NCBI RefSeq assembly: GCF_022340605.1
Contig: NZ_JAJDNQ010000064.1
Coordinates: forward strand, 1,586 to 65,585
Direction: 5' to 3'
DNA length: 64,000 nucleotides
From: Thiohalocapsa sp.
GTDB lineage: Bacteria > Pseudomonadota > Gammaproteobacteria > Chromatiales > Chromatiaceae
The notes beneath the pieces are model-generated. The model saw only the letters and a list, made by a program, of their open reading frames with translations, searched no databases and was not told the DNA's origin. The position numbers and the translations under genes are program-made. Within the stretch, counting starts at the first letter, position 1. Each line of letters opens with the position of its first letter. This document shows positions 61,028 through 64,000 of the stretch, piece by piece.

Positions 61028-61864
61028 ATGTCGAAACAGGACCTCTCCAGCCTGCTCAAGAACATCAACGCCGGTGTGCTGCTGGATCTCGGCCTGATCC
61101 TGGCCGTGGCGGTGGGCCTGATTCTGGTGGTGCAGAAGACCCTGCCCTGGCTCGCCAACCGCCTGCGCGGGCGGCGCCGCCACTTCCTGCTCGCGATGGT
61201 GCCCTTGCTGCGCCTGGTGATCATCGTCGGCGCGTTCCTGTGGATGGTGCCCATCGTCATCGAGCCATCGTTGCAGAACATGGTCGCGGTGCTGGGGTCG
61301 CTCGGTCTCGCCCTCGGCTTTGCGCTGAAGGACTTCGCGAGCAGCTTGGTTGCCGGCGTCGTCGCCGTCGGCGAGACCCCCTACCGCAATGGCGACTGGG
61401 TGGAAATCGACGGCGTCTACGGCGAGGTGACGCGCGTCGGCATGCGCGCCCTGCAACTGATGACCCCCGACGACAACCTGGTCACCATCCCGCACCTGAA
61501 GCTGTGGACCGATGCCGTCAGCAACGCCAACAACGGCGAGCCGCAACTCCAGTGCCCGACGGATTTCTACCTGCACCCCGAGCACGATGCCGCCCGCGTG
61601 CGGGCCGTCCTGCAAGATGTCGCGCTGACCAGCCCCTATGTCGACCTCGAACGACCCATCCTGGTGGTGGCGCAGGAGCAGCCCTGGGGCACGCGCTACC
61701 GGCTGCGCACCTATCCCATCGATGCGCGACAGCAGTTCCGATTCAGCACCGACCTGACCGTGCGCGGCAAGGCCGAGCTTCTCCGCCTCGGCCTCACCCT
61801 CGCCATGGTCCCGGCGGTGCGCGGCGCGACGCTGGACGGCTCCGGGGGGCCGCGGGTCACTTGA
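61028..61864 (+). CDS. Small-conductance mechanosensitive channel family protein
   Basis: 3 TMs, GLALGFALKD, PYRNGDWVEIDGVYGEVTRVGMRA, TPDDNLVTIP. Confidence 0.93.
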   Translation: MSKQDLSSLLKNINAGVLLDLGLILAVAVGLILVVQKTLPWLANRLRGRRRHFLLAMVPLLRLVIIVGAFLWMVPIVIEPSLQNMVAVLGSLGLALGFALKDFASSLVAGVVAVGETPYRNGDWVEIDGVYGEVTRVGMRALQLMTPDDNLVTIPHLKLWTDAVSNANNGEPQLQCPTDFYLHPEHDAARVRAVLQDVALTSPYVDLERPILVVAQEQPWGTRYRLRTYPIDARQQFRFSTDLTVRGKAELLRLGLTLAMVPAVRGATLDGSGGPRVT

Positions 61865-61879
61865 GCCCGGAACCGACTC

Positions 61880-64000
61880 TCACTCCTCGCCTGCCGCGCC
61901 GTGCCGTGGATGCTGTTCCACCAGCGCCCGCAGCTCGGACTCGGACAGTCGGTGGCCGTCGTGCTCCTTCGGCACCCGAAAATCACAGCCCTCGCGCCAG
62001 CGATTGCAGCCGAATGCATACCGGCCCTCGATGATGCGGCCCGCGCCGCATTGCGGGCAGACGAGCGGGTTCTCGCGCAGCGACGCGGCGCTGGGCGGGT
62101 GGTCGGCGAGCCCGGGCGGCGGCGCGGCATGCGCCGCCGCGTCCGCGCTCGCGCCCGGTTGCCGGTCGGCGAAGTCCAAGCCCACCTTGCCGTTGTCATC
62201 CAGCCGCAGGCAGGCCGCGAAGGGCTTGCCAGCCTTGGAGCGGAAGCCGTCGATGGGGCCGGTCCTGCCCTGCGCCATCAGTTGCGTGACCTCCTCTTTG
62301 GTGAGCGCGTGGCCGGCGATGGTCTTCCAGATGGTGAAGCCGCAGCCGTCGCGCCAGCGCGCGCAACCATAGGCCCGCGGCGTCTCGATAATTTCGCCCT
62401 GCTTGCACACCGGGCAGGTGCCGAGCCCGGCCGCGTTCGCCCTGGCTTCGCTGCTGGATCTGGACTTGCCACGGCTCGATCCGCCGCGCTTGGTCCCACG
62501 GCCTTTGCCACCGGCGCGCTTGGGAGCCGCTGTTCGCGCCGCGGCCGCCTGCTCCGGCGTCATCGCCGGACCCGCGGCCACCTGCGGAATCAGCGCCCGG
62601 ACCTGATCGCAGATGTCTCGATAAAACCCCTCGGCGTCGGCGGCACCTTGCTCGATGTCCTTCAGCCACTGCTCCCAGGCGGCAGTGAGCTCGACGCTGC
62701 GCAGCGGCTCGGCCACCAGCGCGATCAGCGCCTTGCCCTTGTCGGTGGCGCGCAGCTGCTTGCGCTGGCGCTCGATGTAGCCGGTGCGCAGGAGCTTTTC
62801 GATGATCTCGGCGCGGGTGGCCGGGGTGCCAAGGCCGGAGGACTTCATCGCCGCGGCGAGCGCGTCGTCGTCGATGTCGCGGCCGGCGTGCTTCATGGCG
62901 TTGAGCAGGGTCGCGTCGTCGAACGGGCGCGGCGGCTTGGTTTCCCGCTCCACCACGTCCAGCGCATCCACGTGCACGATCTGGCCCTTTTCCAGCGGCG
63001 GCAGCGGGTGCTGGTCCGCTGCGGTGTCGGGCGCCGTGGCCGGCTCGGCCGGCGCCGCTTCGCCGTTGCCGCCGGGTCCCTGACGCGCGTCCGCCCCAGC
63101 TTCGCCCCCCGCGCTGCCCCCGGCAGCGGCCCGACGCCGCGGCTCGACCCGCTTCCAGCCGGGCTCCAATTCCACGGACCCCTTGGCGATGAAGGGCTCG
63201 CCGCCGATGTCCAGCGTCACCAGGGTCTCCTCGACGCGCTGATCGGGCAGGAACACGGCGACGAAGCGGGCCGCGACCAGATCGTAGATCTTGCGCAGCG
63301 GCTCCGGCAGACCGGCCGGCGGGCGCCGCGCCGTGGGCAGGATGGCGTGGTGGTCGGTGAGCTTGGTCTTGTCCACGTACGCCTTGCCGAGCCGGTGGCC
63401 GGCGGCGAGGCGGGCGCGGGCCTCGGCCGCCAGCGGGTGCTCCACGTGCTCGAGGATGCCTGGCAGCTCCGACAGCATGTCCTCGCCGATGTGGCGGCTC
63501 TCGGTGCGCGGATAGCTGATCAGCTTGTGGGTCTCGTACAGCGCCTGGGCCAGCTCCAGCACCCGAGCGGCGGTGAAGCCGAAGCGGCGGTTGGCGTCGC
63601 GCTGCAGGTTGGTCAGATCGTAGAGCGGCGGCGGGCGGTTGTGGCGGACCTTCTTCTGGACGCTGGTGACGGTGCCGGTGCGATGCGGCTCGATGGCGGC
63701 ATCGATCTGGCGCTGCAGCCGCTCGGCGTGGGCCTTGTCGTCGATGCGGGTCTCGCCGTCCTTGCTGTACTTGGCCTCGAAGCCCTCCTTGAGGCGCGCG
63801 ATGAGCTCGTAGAAGTAGGCCTTGGTGAAGTTGGCGATGGCCGCATCGCGGGCGACGATCATCGCCAGCGTCGGCGTCTGCACCCGGCCGATGGTACAGA
63901 GCACTCGGTTGTGCACCGTGTAGGCGCGGGTCAGGTTCATGCCCACCAGCCAGTCCGCTTGGGCGCGGGCGCGGGCGGCGGCGGCGAGGGGCTCGTAGTC
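61880..64000 (-). CDS. topB: DNA topoisomerase III (5' part beyond window)
   Basis: DWLVGMNLTR, GRVQTPTL, LISYPRTES, DHHAILPT, GLGTPATRA, C-terminal Cys-rich Zn-ribbon/Toprim C-repeats. Confidence 0.95.
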   Translation of the reverse strand, partial: DYEPLAAAARARAQADWLVGMNLTRAYTVHNRVLCTIGRVQTPTLAMIVARDAAIANFTKAYFYELIARLKEGFEAKYSKDGETRIDDKAHAERLQRQIDAAIEPHRTGTVTSVQKKVRHNRPPPLYDLTNLQRDANRRFGFTAARVLELAQALYETHKLISYPRTESRHIGEDMLSELPGILEHVEHPLAAEARARLAAGHRLGKAYVDKTKLTDHHAILPTARRPPAGLPEPLRKIYDLVAARFVAVFLPDQRVEETLVTLDIGGEPFIAKGSVELEPGWKRVEPRRRAAAGGSAGGEAGADARQGPGGNGEAAPAEPATAPDTAADQHPLPPLEKGQIVHVDALDVVERETKPPRPFDDATLLNAMKHAGRDIDDDALAAAMKSSGLGTPATRAEIIEKLLRTGYIERQRKQLRATDKGKALIALVAEPLRSVELTAAWEQWLKDIEQGAADAEGFYRDICDQVRALIPQVAAGPAMTPEQAAAARTAAPKRAGGKGRGTKRGGSSRGKSRSSSEARANAAGLGTCPVCKQGEIIETPRAYGCARWRDGCGFTIWKTIAGHALTKEEVTQLMAQGRTGPIDGFRSKAGKPFAACLRLDDNGKVGLDFADRQPGASADAAAHAAPPPGLADHPPSAASLRENPLVCPQCGAGRIIEGRYAFGCNRWREGCDFRVPKEHDGHRLSESELRALVEQHPRHGAAGEE

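Overview
High-GC gammaproteobacterial chromosome segment spanning the replication-origin gene cluster. Gene content and repeats suggest a purple sulfur bacterium (Chromatiaceae); this is an inference. Left to right: partial kdsD; a complete Xanthomonas-order type II secretion system (gspE-F-[Uma2 pseudogene + palindromic repeat array]-G-H-I-J-K-L-M-N-D, minus strand) whose gspE start overlaps an upstream wbpL-wbpM glycan-initiation pair; thiJ, ctpA, envC; SqrR/BigR-like regulator, rhodanese, secB, gpsA; trmL; a 74-aa orphan; a KamA-type radical SAM enzyme; glnA-DUF4124-ntrBC with a sigma54 promoter and three NtrC boxes; a CDF transporter; glyQS-gmhB-plsC; gyrB-recF-dnaN-dnaA with DnaA boxes and two parS sites inside recF; rpmH-rnpA-yidC-mnmE (no yidD); a His-rich glycine-zipper protein; GT2-ArnT-PAP2 followed by a Btu-like ABC transporter and cobB; a solitary ruvB; a PEP-CTERM-variant surface protein with a class II CRP-type promoter; a TrmO/TsaA pseudogene; a degenerate P-loop/wHTH protein plus MscS; partial topB. 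No rRNA, tRNA, CRISPR array or intact transposase was seen. I found no unambiguous new system. The best leads are the glycan-coupled T2SS with a possible CRP-regulated CTERM cargo, several small palindromic/MITE-like elements (one inside a cleaved pseudopilin leader), and the degenerate-ATPase/MscS module.
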